A stretch of 64,000 nucleotides of DNA from a virus. Taxonomy: Duplodnaviria > Caudoviricetes. The translations under genes were made by a program, and so were the position numbers. Shown piece after piece: positions 44,143-56,907 of this stretch. The notes under the pieces were generated by a model. The model made no database searches and had not been told where the DNA came from. It saw only the letters and a list, made by a program, of their open reading frames with translations. Location of the stretch: the IMG/VR virus record IMGVR_UViG_3300021255_001258, positions 63,449-127,448 of that record; one strand, given 5' to 3'. The stretch's first letter is position 1. Every line of letters begins with the position of its first letter.

Positions 44143-44964
44143 TTAATTTATTATTTCTGGATTGCTACCGGAAATTTCCTGCATCCAATTCTGTAGTAAT
44201 TCGCGCATCCTCCGGCTTGGAATATAAACCCAGATTTCTTTGCCGTCCCGGATCGCCGACCGCCAGATCCACTGAAGTATCTCGGAGAGGGCATATTGGT
44301 TGGTGTTGATCTCAACATTATGATAATGAAAGAAATCCTCAAAATATTCATTCCAGAGTAATTTCTTCTCTTTGTAGGTGATGCATTTCTTATGTTGCGA
44401 TTTACATTCAATATGAATAAGTTGCGGATTCACAGGAAGATCGATTGAATTATGGTTTATATCATAAGCATCCAGTATTCTACATAATAGATAATTATTG
44501 ATTACAGTAACAGATTTAAATCTCTTAAAATTCATCGGAGAGTAAATTCTATATTGAGTTTCTTCCTTATAATATAAACCTCCGTATAATGCACAAGATT
44601 TTTCATCGGAAAATACACCGTAGTAATCCTGGCGCTCTTTTCTCCAAATCAGCTGATGAGTTGCCTGATTATAATCACAATAATATTCGATAAGAGTTTC
44701 AAAATCTTGAACATTTAATTTTTGCGTACTAAATAATTTTACTTGTCCATCTATAATCAAATCATAGTCTTTATGATAAGGCCAAAATTCATGATGGCGG
44801 CAAAGTGTCCTGAATTGAAGCGGAGCAACAATTAAATCTATACCTTTATCTAATAGCTTAACCGTTTCAAAAATATCATCCGCTCTGGATAATACTTTTG
44901 CGCCTCTATAATACTTCTTAATTCTTTTCGCTTCTGTCGGTGATTCTGTCAATATAATCTTCAT
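44143..44964 (-). CDS. Degenerate helicase-like phage protein
   Basis: C-terminal YALSEILQWIWRSAIRDGKEIWVYIPSRRMR motif; no intact Walker A/B seen. Confidence 0.55.
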   Translation of the reverse strand: MKIILTESPTEAKRIKKYYRGAKVLSRADDIFETVKLLDKGIDLIVAPLQFRTLCRHHEFWPYHKDYDLIIDGQVKLFSTQKLNVQDFETLIEYYCDYNQATHQLIWRKERQDYYGVFSDEKSCALYGGLYYKEETQYRIYSPMNFKRFKSVTVINNYLLCRILDAYDINHNSIDLPVNPQLIHIECKSQHKKCITYKEKKLLWNEYFEDFFHYHNVEINTNQYALSEILQWIWRSAIRDGKEIWVYIPSRRMRELLQNWMQEISGSNPEIIN

Positions 44965-45042
44965 TGCATATTCTCCTATAATACGTTTCGGCAGTAACTG
45001 TCCCCAAGGGGACAAAAAGTGCACCTCATTCGAAAAGGGTCA

Positions 45043-45089
45043 GGGGGTCTGTGAGTCCCTTTTTTCGGCAAAAAAGGGGTCTGTGAGTC
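45043..45089. repeat. Direct repeat GGGGTCTGTGAGTC x2
   Basis: Two copies about 32 nt apart, next to the Rep-like gene. Confidence 0.6.
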
Positions 45090-45243
45090 ACTTCAGTACG
45101 CTAAAGTTTTGCGTCTAAAACCCAATGATTATAAAGCTTTTTTTAATTGTGGTGCGATTTCAAACCCTCTCCTTCTAATCAGCTCATGTTGAGTAAATTT
45201 TTTATCTGTTCTACCTGTCTCTTTGCCTTTAATTTATTATCAC

Positions 45244-45789
45244 CTAATTTCTTGCCAATAATTCTCTCCAACCACTATTCTCATAAAATGAATATGTCGG
45301 CTTATTCAAATCTGCACCACGAAAATATATGTATGGATTTACTGTATATACTGTTCTGCATTGTCCCGTATAATCTTGAAGAATGCTTCCGGTTTCATGT
45401 TTTCCGATTACTCCCTTCTTTTTTAACGAAAGCATAAGTTTTTTTAAGTAGTCATATCTGTATTCGTGAATTTCTGCCAAATCCTTCATATTAAGTATTG
45501 AGCTATTCCTATTATTGGTTCTGCGAATAATACAATCTTCATAGGATACATGTGGGGATAGAGAGATTGCAAGACGGAATTCCGCAGGAGTTAAATATTT
45601 TTCCAGTAATGGTACTATATCATCATAGATTTTAACAAATGATTTATCTTTATTAAAATTCACTATATGAGTATGTACATATTCCTCTTGAGAATAACGG
45701 CGAATAGAAAGTTTATCTCCGTCGTATACTTCTCCCGTTATTTCTCCAGTTTCTGGATCCACTATATAATTGGTAATGTTCTGTTCCAT
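45244..45789 (-). CDS. RepL-like winged-HTH replication protein
   Basis: VDPETGEI, SFVKIY, HTH segment and YTVNPYIYFRG; ends in TAG. Confidence 0.6.
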   Translation of the reverse strand: MEQNITNYIVDPETGEITGEVYDGDKLSIRRYSQEEYVHTHIVNFNKDKSFVKIYDDIVPLLEKYLTPAEFRLAISLSPHVSYEDCIIRRTNNRNSSILNMKDLAEIHEYRYDYLKKLMLSLKKKGVIGKHETGSILQDYTGQCRTVYTVNPYIYFRGADLNKPTYSFYENSGWRELLARN

Positions 45790-45834
45790 TGTATTGTCTC
45801 CTATATAGATATGCACGTTTAATTTATGAGATTG

Positions 45835-45863
45835 ATTATACTACACTGTTTAATTTATGTCAA
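45835..45863 (-). promoter_or_regulatory. Consensus sigma-A promoter
   Basis: TTGACA-17-TATAAT. Confidence 0.8.
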
Positions 45864-46678
45864 GAGGAATACTGGGGAATTTGCTACGTTCTCGGTAGCT
45901 ACAAGTTTCGCCATTTTTAGTCCAGTAGATACAACTCTCGGGTGGATGGCGATCAATGCTTCACTGCGTTTGCATTGAATATGAATCTTGTTATACAGAG
46001 CTATATATTAGATGGGGGAATTAGAGTTCCATACATTGACGGTAAATTTTCCAGCTACTACATTCCATAGCTATATTTCTATGGTTGCAGTAGGAATTAT
46101 GTGGAAGTACAGATATAGATGATTTTGTTATACAGGCGGGATTGAAATATTTTTCTATAGCGCAGAATCCGGAAAACGGCAAATTTTCCGAATAAGGTGT
46201 TCGTATGTGTGTTGTTCGCACAAAGTTTGTTAATGCGGCACAGGGAAGATTATTCACGCAATGAGATTTTACGTGTGCCTATGGTGCGGAGATTATTCGT
46301 ATAGTTGTCCACATAGGCGGAGATAGTGAATATCATTATGTTTATTGGAGATTTTGATGGCAGTAATATTGATATGTGGATAAGTTTGAATGTGATATCA
46401 TTTTGATATCATAGGTGTTTTATGGAGTGGAACGATGATTGCTTCGATGTTGGAAATTTTATGGGAAAGTGGGGATTGTGGAGAATATATTGGAGAAAAT
46501 TGGAGTCAGTGTGGAGATTGAGCAGCGTGCTGTTTCCTGGAAGTTAGACGTCGTTAATTCGCTGAAATACGCCCCTCCCACATCTAAAATATATTATTAA
46601 AATTACTATTTTAAAAACCTCGGAAGCCTTGATTTTACTGGAAAGTATCCAATTTGTTCTGTATAAAAAATTAAAAAT

Positions 46679-46706
46679 TTGACAGGAGGTTCTATCGTGC
46701 TATGTT
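46679..46706 (+). promoter_or_regulatory. Sigma-A-like early promoter for the plus-strand arm
   Basis: A-tract UP element, TTGACA-16-TATGTT with TG. Confidence 0.6.
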
Positions 46707-46711
46707 CAATT

Positions 46712-47262
46712 TGTCGACAGGAACGACGTTAAAAAATCCTAAAGGGCTTCAATTCTTAAGGGAATAAAGTCCAAAAAGTCCTCACGGGGACTCTGTAACC
46801 ATTAACCGTGTTTCATGCCCTATGAAAGGTATGGGCAAAAAGACAATGGGCGTCGGTCTATAACTACGCCTAACGGGGATAGAATCCCACATAAAGCCGG
46901 ATACAAAAGCGCGGTCTGTGTGCGTATCATGTGGAAACACGACGGTAGAACGTGTGGGCGTCGGTGGAGTGCGTCCGTATCCCCTAACTCCGGACGCAAG
47001 AATACGGGTGACCGTATGACCATAATGATTGTAAGCTATACAAGGCGAGAAGTAGGACGCGGCTGGTGACCACGTAACCGCCTGTCAGCAATGCACTATA
47101 AATTCTGACAGTATCCGCCTTGAAATACAGGGTGCAAGTGTCCCCTAGGAATCGTAGCAAGTCCGCCCCTTTGGGGCTGGATAGAGTCCAGAAAAATTCT
47201 GGGCTGTGTCGAGTCTCAAAGGCTCATATCAACAAGATTGCGCCCACGGCGAACAGTGGGAG
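46712..47262 (+). ncRNA. Candidate large structured RNA/leader
   Basis: No convincing ORF with RBS; many GC-rich hairpins. Confidence 0.45.
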
Positions 47263-47278
47263 AAAGAAGAGGTATATC

Positions 47279-47914
47279 ATGAAGAGATTAGATTGGTTTG
47301 TGGCAGATCGTAACCTGAGCGAAGAGGTAGCTGAGTTCATGCGGTGCTATGTGTGGCGGGCAGAGCTGAAGCTCCGCTATGGCAAAAAAATCAACGACTG
47401 CAAAGATGCAGTAGAAAAGCTTGAGGTACTCCGTGGGAGTATCCACGAAGATCAGATTCCGGTTCAGCGTGAGCAGTACATGGCACGTATAGCTGAACTG
47501 GAGCAGGAACTGGAGCAGGAGCTTGAAAAACAGGCAAAGTTTGAGGTATCTGATGCCGGCAAGGAGCTTCGCAAGGCTCTGAAGAAGAATCCGGCAAGTG
47601 CGGATCTCGCAATCTACGCCTTCTTCAAGACGTATCACTTGAATATCCTTGACACTGGACTCATCGACGAAATCCTGAACGCAGCCGGGGAAAAGATTGA
47701 CAACAAGACCCTTGTCAACAGCAAGGGCACAGTTGTAACGGCTTTCGACTCCACCAGATGCTTCAAGATGGTGTATGCGAAAGCGTACGAACATATGGTT
47801 CTGGCTGGCACCATCAAAGCGGTGCAGATCCCCGAGATGATGATGGACAAGTATGACACAATACGGGTGAAGGCTCGCAAGGACGCAAAGAAGGCGGCAA
47901 AAAAGGGGGCATAA
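47279..47914 (+). CDS. First early-arm protein, hypothetical (211 aa)
   Basis: GAGGT RBS before ATG 47279; coiled coil. Confidence 0.75.
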   Translation: MKRLDWFVADRNLSEEVAEFMRCYVWRAELKLRYGKKINDCKDAVEKLEVLRGSIHEDQIPVQREQYMARIAELEQELEQELEKQAKFEVSDAGKELRKALKKNPASADLAIYAFFKTYHLNILDTGLIDEILNAAGEKIDNKTLVNSKGTVVTAFDSTRCFKMVYAKAYEHMVLAGTIKAVQIPEMMMDKYDTIRVKARKDAKKAAKKGA

Positions 47915-48300
47915 TTGCCCTCTAAGCTACCCAAAACAGGAACGTCCACGCCGTGGGTAGCGGGCAACGGGAATAGTCCCGGCTAATACCTGTAATGGAG
48001 GAACAAATGGCAAATAGGAGCATGGCCGCAAAAATTATTAAGGCGAAAAAAGAAGCAGTAAAGGATATGACTGAGTCGGCTAATAACTTTAGCTGCACTC
48101 GGGCATTCCGAGACACTAGACAGTCAAAATATGACTGGTTTGGTACAAAACCATATAGTACGGCTAAATAGTCCATAGCTACGCATAGATTCTCTGATGT
48201 GGACGAGGGTTTGTGTGGATAGGACATTTAGCCCAGATTCTGCCCGTAAGTACATTGCGGGTGGAGATGTAGGCTAAAATCTGGCACTCATGCCATAAAT
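47915..48300 (+). ncRNA. Second candidate structured non-coding region
   Basis: Multiple hairpins, no credible ORF. Confidence 0.35.
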
Positions 48301-48318
48301 GGGAGAAAGAGGGGTAAT

Positions 48319-51300
48319 ATGAAGAGATACTATGGTTACGATATTGACGGCGGTTTCACGCTCATTGTAGGTAATGACCGACAAATCCGCTCTCTTTACA
48401 GAGCGTTGGAGAAGCACGGCTATATGCCGACGTTCTCTGGTGCGCCTAGATTCCGCTATGGCGGGATGTATGGGCTGATTCTGAAAGCGGACGGATGGTA
48501 CCACGTTATAAGCGCGGATACCACGCTTGCACTTCTGGCTGACAATCTTCTGACTGACAATATTGCAGCCTAAGTTTTTGAATGTTATACTCACACTAGG
48601 AGGTGAATACTATGTGGGTATGGCAAGAAGATCCCAAACCCTTTAGAGGTCTGATAAAGTTGATGCAAGGGGATGACGGTGACCTAGACTATCTATTCCC
48701 AAGCATCATTCCGACAAATCCGCTTGCTTGCGACGTATATGTCGCGAACAGGTTGGACAGGTTCCGGGCAGAGGATGATATACAGTGTTTCCGCCTGTAT
48801 ATAGACCATCCAAATGCCCCATATGTCTGCAATGCGGTATCCAGTGTTATAACATACTGTTACGGCTACCAAATACCGCTCACCATCTGTACGCTTATGT
48901 CGGATGGTGAGTATGTAGAAAAAATCATAATTCCAAAATGACCACGGCTCCGACCGTGGTTTTTATATTGAAAAAATTAGGAGAAAGTATGCTTAAAAAA
49001 TTGGTGTTAATTCTGTATTTAATTCTCACGTTCCTTGTCTGCGCACATCTTGACGCAGAAGTTACTTTTAGTGTGCCGCATGAGCACACTGAAGTAATAT
49101 ATTAGATTCGCGCTTAGACTTTGCCTATGACTCATTCATGGGCAAAGATGTGAGCACGACTCACAAATCCTGGTCTGCAATGACCGGAGAGAGGAGCAAC
49201 ACGACCATGCTTGAACTTGTACAGCTTACCGATGGCTGTTACAAAGTAACCATCGACTACTCACGCGACGGCTTTGCCATGCACCGTGAGTATACCTTCA
49301 GGGTAGCAACGTCAAACGCTGAACCGTGCGACAACGGCGAAGTGATACGTCTGCGCTTTGAAGGCGAGGAAACTGAGTAACGCCACGGCTTCCGGCGGGT
49401 GAAATGCCCGTCGGGGCTGTACAGGATGAAAAGATTAAAGGAGGAACTTTTATGTGGAAGATTGCACTTGGCGCATTACTTGCGCTATTCAATGGAAACC
49501 CATCGATCAATATCTACGCAACAACCTTTGTTGTTACAGAAACAAGGCAAACGGATGATCTGGTCATCCTGACGGATCTCACCTCCGGTCACCAGTATTC
49601 CTTCAAAGGAATCGAAGACTGGGATCGTGGCGATGTTGCCGCTTGTGTTATGAGCGACAACGGAACGGAAACCTATATTTATGACGACCAGATCCTGACC
49701 GTCAAGTATGACGGTTGGATCAATCTTGGAGAGGAGCTGGCATCAGAATAATAAATTAAAAGCAAACGCCGCAAGGCAAACGGGACGCCAAATAGACGGC
49801 GCTTTTTAACACTAGCTGCGCGGTGCAAATATATCAAAACTTAATATGTGATTCTGCCGAGAAGCGAAACTTGTCGGCGGAAATGACACATTAAGTTGGT
49901 ATCAAAGAAAGGAGTAACACATGAGATCAACAACAACTATTCATATTTCTTGGTGGGAAAAGGGGACCATGGTAACTAAGGTTGTTTCCGTGTACAATAA
50001 CGGAAATAAAATTGGGACTTTTGAGTTTCAAATCTATAACCCGTTTCCGTGTTATTCAATGCATAGCACGTATGGGGTAGTTTCCAGATGGTTGAAGGCA
50101 AACGGCTGGACTCGCCGGGAAGTGACTATTGACAAATATATCACGGATGAAATATCCGACGAAACTGGCGAGATCATCAACCATTGGGAAGTTGTAAAAG
50201 AATACGTCGACGGAAGGAAAGTCCGTCCGGTGAGGTAAAAATTATGTGGAAACGGAGATCCAAAGACAAATTCGGTCGTCTTACAAAGGAGACGGCTGAA
50301 AACTCATTTACACGTAGAACTGTATATGACAATCTTGCGCCAAACGCAAATTGTTGTAACACGGCAGAATTAACTGCTGAATACACCGTTGAATATGTCT
50401 CAAGGGAAAACTTTGAGGCATATGAAAACGCAAGTTCCGTAGATTATCCATGTGAACCATGGGAATTGCGGGACGAATATTTAACTGACTCTCTTGGCCT
50501 TGCAATAAGGGAGACAGTTATCAGAATGTTCGACAGCAATTCTGAAGAACCGCTCTTGTATATGTATTTGAAAGATAAGAACGGAAAAGAAGCGGAAATT
50601 TGCGCTGATATTCCATCAGATACAAAGGCAACTATTGAGAGACTTGTCAATGAAACAATGAAAAAGAAACTTGATTCTTTACATGATCAAGTGTCCATGC
50701 TCACTAGGGAAATCAATATGTATAAGGATTTCCTCGGCGAACATAACGCAGATAAACTGTATAAAGAATGGAGGGAAAGAAATGCTGAATATTGAAGCCC
50801 GTGAACTATACTGTTTTGTTACTGGAACTCAGCCATTTGCCGGAGCAATCCGCAACGCAAAGGGATTAAAACAGATCAAGAATGTAGTCGTAGATGCAGC
50901 TGGAACGTATCAGGAATGGTACGGCAGTAAGGGAACGCAGATCTTCACCACGGAGAACATTGATGATGTAACCGTGGAAATCTATCAGGAGGGAAAACAG
51001 TAATGGCATACAAACGTAAGACTAAAGATGTCTGGCACATCCAGACAAACTGTGGCTACGGTTGGGAAAGCGAAAGCGAATATGATACCTATGCAGAAGC
51101 AAAGGCAGATTTGAATGAATACAGGATTTATATCAATCATTACAATGGTGTTGCCCGGATTGTGAAAAGAAGGGAGAAGATCGCATGATTACACCTTTTG
51201 CGAATTGCAGACCAATCCCGAAATATCCGGTTGATCGCTATAGCGGTGAAGGTGATCGCTGTCTCCGCGACAGAGAAAAAAGGATCTGTGCCTGGGCTGT

Positions 51301-54300
51301 CGGTTATTCCGACGAAGACTGGAACGATCTAAAAGCGAAACATCCAGACTGGCATGAGTCGATCGGATATTATGATGAAAAGGAGTGCATTGTAAGATGA
51401 AGAAGGGAGACACCTATACGACTTTCGGATGTACCTGGCTCGTTGATCGAGTCTATAAGGTAGACCCGGAAATCATGGAAAAATATGAGCTTGTATATCC
51501 GGTCAGATATTCAGCACATGTAATCGCTGCTCCTGCCGGATATGATGGAGTAAGAGAAATCGATGCGGCTTTAAGAGAGGAGGCATAACATGGCAGCTAA
51601 ATTGTATACCTATTGTCTGAGCAAGCCATACGCTTGGGCAAAGGGAACAACAGCAGACATCAGGGTTGCCGTAAAAAAGGTAGCCCTGGAATTTGCACTT
51701 GAAACTGGTGAAGACATTACAGAGGCAATTACCGCGGTTGATGCGGTAACGCAAATGATCGGAGGTAGATAATATGTTAGGGAAACCTGTTCGCCGAGGT
51801 CAAACACCGGACGGAATGGATCTTGTCCTTTGGAATCATGACAATGATGACGGATATACTCTTATGTGTTATCCGGTAGCCAAAGGCAGTTCTGAATCTC
51901 CATTTGGCCCACAGAAAGGTAAGGTATTCTGTTGCCCATTGATCGCCGGGGTAAAGGAATTTCTCCGTCTGGAAAAGGGAGAGACAGATCTTTATAGGCT
52001 GAAAGATATGTTCTATGTTCCGGATTATTATAACTATATATAAATAATATATTAAACATACCATGAAAGGCAGGTGGATGATGTTATCTGACTCGTGACC
52101 AGACTATACTCGTAAGGCAAATCTTGCGGGTATAGATGTAGTCATGAACTACAAGAAAGAGAGGTATATACATGAAACGAAAAGAAAGAATCATCTTTGA
52201 CAACCTTGAAACAGATATTGACCGTGAAGACGCAATAGAAAATCTTCTTGCCAACGGAATAGAAGATCCGTCAGAAGATGAGATCTGGGACGAAATTAAG
52301 TTCCTGGAAGAAGATAATTGGAATTTAGAAAAAGATAGGATGGAAGAAATCTTCAATAACGGAGATTTCTTAGCCATTGGCACATGTGGCAGATGGAACG
52401 GGAATTTTCCAGGCGGTTTCATCTTTTCAAATTTCAATGAACTGATGCAGCGTTTCACAGATTGCGATTACTTCAAAATCTGGGACGAAAACGGTCATTT
52501 TTATGTGACCGCCGCTCATCATGACGGACGGCATTCTCTTGAAATTAAGCAATTAACGGAAAGAGGAAAAGCAAGATATGACCGCTGGGATCTTGAATGG
52601 GGCAAGGAAACCGAAAGAGAGATCCACGAGAAACTGTGGCGTGATAGCCACTATACAAAGCTGATCAACTTTGCGCATCGGTTTTATGGATGCCCAAAGA
52701 GAGAAACGGAGAGATGATTATGATACCGCGAAAGAGATATGATACCAATGCCGAAGCACTTAAATTCTGCGCTTACAGAAAAGCGTGGGATTTACTGCTT
52801 TTCGGCTACGGAAGAGAAACCTTTAAACCCGCCGGACTTACTGCGGCAGAAGCGGATGAAGTTTGGAATCAAGCAAAGAAAGATATTAGATGATTAAGGA
52901 GGAAAAATATGAGAACACAAGTGAAATGCAAAGAAAAGAGATGCTTCGCCCATAGAAACGGTTACTGCACTTTGTTGGATACGCCGTTTCCAGAAGGTAG
53001 AAACTGCACATTTAATAAGCCCGTAAGGGAAGTAACAAATGGTAAATATTATCCTTATGATCCTAACTATCAGGATACATTTTCCGGCTGGAGGAATGCA
53101 ATATGAAATTAGAATTTCAACGCAAGATCTATGACAGCTATAAAGCAAATCATGAAAACACAGTTCAGCATGGCAAGTATGAATACAGTATTGCATATAA
53201 TGCAACCTGCAGTATTCATACATGGATAATCCGGCGCAAGCGAACTGCAAAAGGCTGCAGCTGGCATTGGCTGCAGCCACTGAACATGGAGGTAAAGGAA
53301 TCATGAAGAAATATTGGGACGTAGATCATGAAAAACTCTGGACGGAGGATGAACTTCGCAAAGAGTATGATAACCTCAAAGCGAACGGTGAGCTTGAGGA
53401 TTATTATGAAACTTTCGAGTATTACCTTAATGCATGTTTAGATAAGAACGGAAGCCTGGTGCTTGTAGCACCGGATTCAGAAATTGAAAAGCTCCGTAAA
53501 AATACAGCGATGGAAATTGCTGCTCAAAGCGACATGAAGTATGAAGACATCCTGAATGTGCTTCAGAAGTACAACGTTCATGGCACCTGGACAATGTGGG
53601 AAATTAACCATCGTCCAAGGGACATTGACGAATTGCAGGAGATGGTAGAACAGGAGCTTGGATGGAGGTAAATCATGTATAAAGATTTAAAGACAATCTA
53701 CGACCGCAACAGACTTGATTTCTTTGTAATGGCAGTAAGTCATTTATTAGATATTGGCTTTAATAACGCAAAAGACATTACAGATGATCAGATTGCAACC
53801 ATCAAGGATCAGGAATGGGCGACAGCCGGATTCCTTCAGGAACTTGTGACAACTTCAAGAGAGATCGCAAATGCTTGCAATTCTCCGGTAGAACTCATTC
53901 AGTTCTGTATGGCTGAAGAAGTATTTGATGTGGAGTTTTATGCTCCAAAGAAACGCAAAATCACTGATATCCGCATGAGGGAAATCGCAGAACGAGCCGT
54001 TATGTGCTTATGCAATGAAGAAACGGTTGAAGATTTAGTAAATGAAGTTGATCTCACGCCGGAAGAAATAGATTACTTCGGGATTGATTATGAGGAGGAA
54101 GACTATGAATAAGATGCAGAAATTCTTTTTTACCTTTGGTACCGATCCACTCTATCCGTTCTGCAATGGATATATTATCATCTATGCACCAAACGGACAT
54201 GCCGCAAGAGAGATCTTCAAGGCATACTTTCCTAACCGTCCTGGTTCTTCTGCCATTAACTGTGCGTTTGTTTACACAGAAGAGGAATTCACAAAAGATT

Positions 54301-54950
54301 GGGGCTGGTGTTGGAGCAAAAGCAAATGCCACGGGACAATTAGATTTGAGGAGGGATAACATGAGCAATAATCGCTGTTTCAACTGTGGTTACTATTGGT
54401 ACGATGAGGATCTTGGTTACGAAACCTGCCACTATCCTGAGAACGAACCACACGAGTGGAGTCCTTGTGAAGCTGCCGACGAAGCAGACAGGATCGAGAT
54501 GGAAAGACGGGAATATGAGGATTTCAAAAGGCAGATCGAGGAGGAATACAGAGATGAAGATTAACGCAAAAATCAGCTACAAAGTGAAACCGACTCACCC
54601 GGATCTTGGCGACATGCCGGAACATCTATGGAAAAACAAAGTATTCACTTATGATGATAAATACACATTTGACGATGACTGGGACGAGGAAGACGCAAAG
54701 GCATATATTCGCCGTGACCTCGCTTTGGTTGCCGGAGGAGGATACAACGCAAAGCACATCTATGATGTGGAATATGAAATGGAGGTGGTCTGATGTACTG
54801 GATTGTGGTTCTTGACTATGGAAGCCGAAGAGAACTGTATCCGGTTCATTCTTCCGAATTCGCCGCCAACCTGATTGCAAACAACTGGAAGGCAATCGCA
54901 AAGGCAAGAGGCGATAGCGTAGTAGTAACGGTAACTACAAGTCATAAATT
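48319..54950 (+). other. Run of ~25 small co-oriented hypothetical early genes (e.g. 48319-48573, 48603-48941, 49921-50238, 52172-52717, 53675-54112)
   Basis: Tight packing, GGAGG-type RBSs, ATGA overlaps; no recognisable domains. Confidence 0.7.
48941..48964 (+). terminator. Intrinsic terminator
   Basis: ACCACGG/CCGTGGT stem followed by a T run. Confidence 0.7.
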
Positions 54951-54971
54951 AAAGGCAGGAGGTAGATAACA

Positions 54972-55769
54972 TTGAAATTTATTCAAGGTGTAACCAACTA
55001 CGACGAGTGGCGGGATCATGCAAAAGATAACGAAAAATATAAGGAGCGGATGGCACTTATAAGCGAACTGCTTCCGAAAAAGAATGACTTGAATGTAATT
55101 GACCAGTACCGTCTGGCAAATGCACTGGTGATTTCATCACTCACAGGGAAACTTGAAGGCTTCTGGGCAATCAGTACTTCGGTTCTGATGAATCAGATTT
55201 GTCAAGCGAGAGCAAGACTTGAGGGCTGTATCTGCGCAGGATGTTATGCAGCGGCAAATTGTGCGAGATATACAAACCTCACACAGAGTTTGGAAACGAA
55301 CTTCCTGATCCTTAATAACTTCCTTCTGGATGAAGACGTTCTTGCAACAATTCCGTTCCCGTCTACGAATGGATGTGGCAGAATTGAAAGTCACGGCGAT
55401 GCGGCTACGGAAATCTGTACAATAAATTATGTACGGTTTATCCGTAGTCATAAGTATCTTGTCTTTGCTGTCTGGACAAAGAACCTCAATCTTTACCGGA
55501 ATGTTCTTGAAGCAGAAGGCAAGCCGGATAACATGATTATCATTGCAAGTTCTCCGATGGAGAATGTGGTGATGGAACTGCCGGAATGGGCAAAGAAGTA
55601 TGTAGATCACATCTTTACCGTATATACTCCTGAGTATGCAAAGGAACATAACATTGCAATTAACTGCGGCACATGGGAAGGACATGATCTGGATCATCGT
55701 TGCAAAAAGTGCATGAGATGCTACACGAAGGGCAACGCTGATTATTATATCAGCGAACTCAAAAAGTAA
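54972..55769 (+). CDS. Gp88-like Cys-rich (radical-SAM-related) phage protein
   Basis: C...CxxCYA, RIESHGD, VWTKN and C-terminal CxxCxxC. Confidence 0.6.
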   Translation: MKFIQGVTNYDEWRDHAKDNEKYKERMALISELLPKKNDLNVIDQYRLANALVISSLTGKLEGFWAISTSVLMNQICQARARLEGCICAGCYAAANCARYTNLTQSLETNFLILNNFLLDEDVLATIPFPSTNGCGRIESHGDAATEICTINYVRFIRSHKYLVFAVWTKNLNLYRNVLEAEGKPDNMIIIASSPMENVVMELPEWAKKYVDHIFTVYTPEYAKEHNIAINCGTWEGHDLDHRCKKCMRCYTKGNADYYISELKK

Positions 55770-55799
55770 TATATTAAATATGGACAAAGGAGACCGCAT

Positions 55800-56171
55800 A
55801 TGATAGTATGGAAGAAGGTAAGGATCCTGAAGGACGGAAATGTATATCCGCTGTTCATTGACAAACGCAAACCGTTCGTCTTCGGCGAGTGGATGAAAGC
55901 GGAGTTTCACCCGACTAAAGGCTTTGCTCCGAGATCTCTTGGAAAGGATGCCGATGGAAACGAGATCGGCGGCTGGCACTGCTGTTACAAACCGGAAGCT
56001 CCGCATATTGCGGATAAGCTTGCAAGCGGTGAAGTTCGCGTTTGGATGAAATGCGAAGCCAAAGGAAAGATGCAGAAGTATGATCGACCGGAAAGCCAGG
56101 GCGGTGCATGGCTACTCGTTGAGTGGCTGAAACCTATTGAAATTATTAAAGAAATGGAGGAGGTAGCATGA
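55800..56171 (+). CDS. Hypothetical phage protein
   Basis: YPLFI, GFAPR..GWH, SQGGAW motifs. Confidence 0.65.
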   Translation: MIVWKKVRILKDGNVYPLFIDKRKPFVFGEWMKAEFHPTKGFAPRSLGKDADGNEIGGWHCCYKPEAPHIADKLASGEVRVWMKCEAKGKMQKYDRPESQGGAWLLVEWLKPIEIIKEMEEVA

Positions 56172-56470
56172 AAGAATACAAGTATGGAATGCGGTTACGT
56201 GGATTTTCACCGGGATGTCAGCCAAAGGAAGGATTCCTGCGGCGAGAAGATGATAACATGGGCGATTACTATGACATCATTGTATATGATCGACCACTTG
56301 CAGAAGATGAACTTAGAGATTACGAACTGGATGCTCTTAATACTGAGTATGAAGTCGTATATGAAATCCGATTAAAGATTTCTGCCGTCAACGCAGAGGA
56401 AGCGGTCAATATTGCGGACGAAATGATTGCAAACGGAGATTTCTCTGAAGAGTTGAAGGGGGTGTTCTGA
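56168..56470 (+). CDS. DarA C-terminal-like (anti-restriction associated) small protein
   Basis: YGMRLRGFSPGCQPK...YDRPL...ELRDYEL pattern. Confidence 0.55.
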   Translation: MKEYKYGMRLRGFSPGCQPKEGFLRREDDNMGDYYDIIVYDRPLAEDELRDYELDALNTEYEVVYEIRLKISAVNAEEAVNIADEMIANGDFSEELKGVF

Positions 56471-56907
56471 ATATGAGTCTTGCAGAACGACTTGATAAAT
56501 TCTACCACGACTTCGATCCGTATGAATATGCAGATACAGAAGGGAGTGTGGAAAATGCAGAAGAAATTCTGCGGAAATCGCCAGAAACAGTAATTAGTAA
56601 TTTATTAGATATACTGGAGGAGGAGTTAGATATATGAGATTTGCAGAGACAACAGGAGAACTCAGAGAAAATCTCCTGATGGAAACGGCAATGAGAATAC
56701 AGGAGGTTTTCGATGATATGTGGTTCGCACATCATCTTAATCCAGACAAGTTAGATATGACTGGGAGTATTGAAAGGCTTCAGATTTTCCGCGATTGGGC
56801 AAGAGAATTTGAAAATACATATTTCGACACACCTGAATATGATGATGACTTCATTGGTTTGTCTGATGAGTTCGCTCAGAAAAAAATCAAAGAGGAGTGG
56901 GGATAAA

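Noticed and set aside
47120-47278. N-terminal extension of the first early gene from TTG 47120
   Set aside because: No RBS there; a clear GAGGT precedes ATG 47279, and the upstream part is hairpin-rich.
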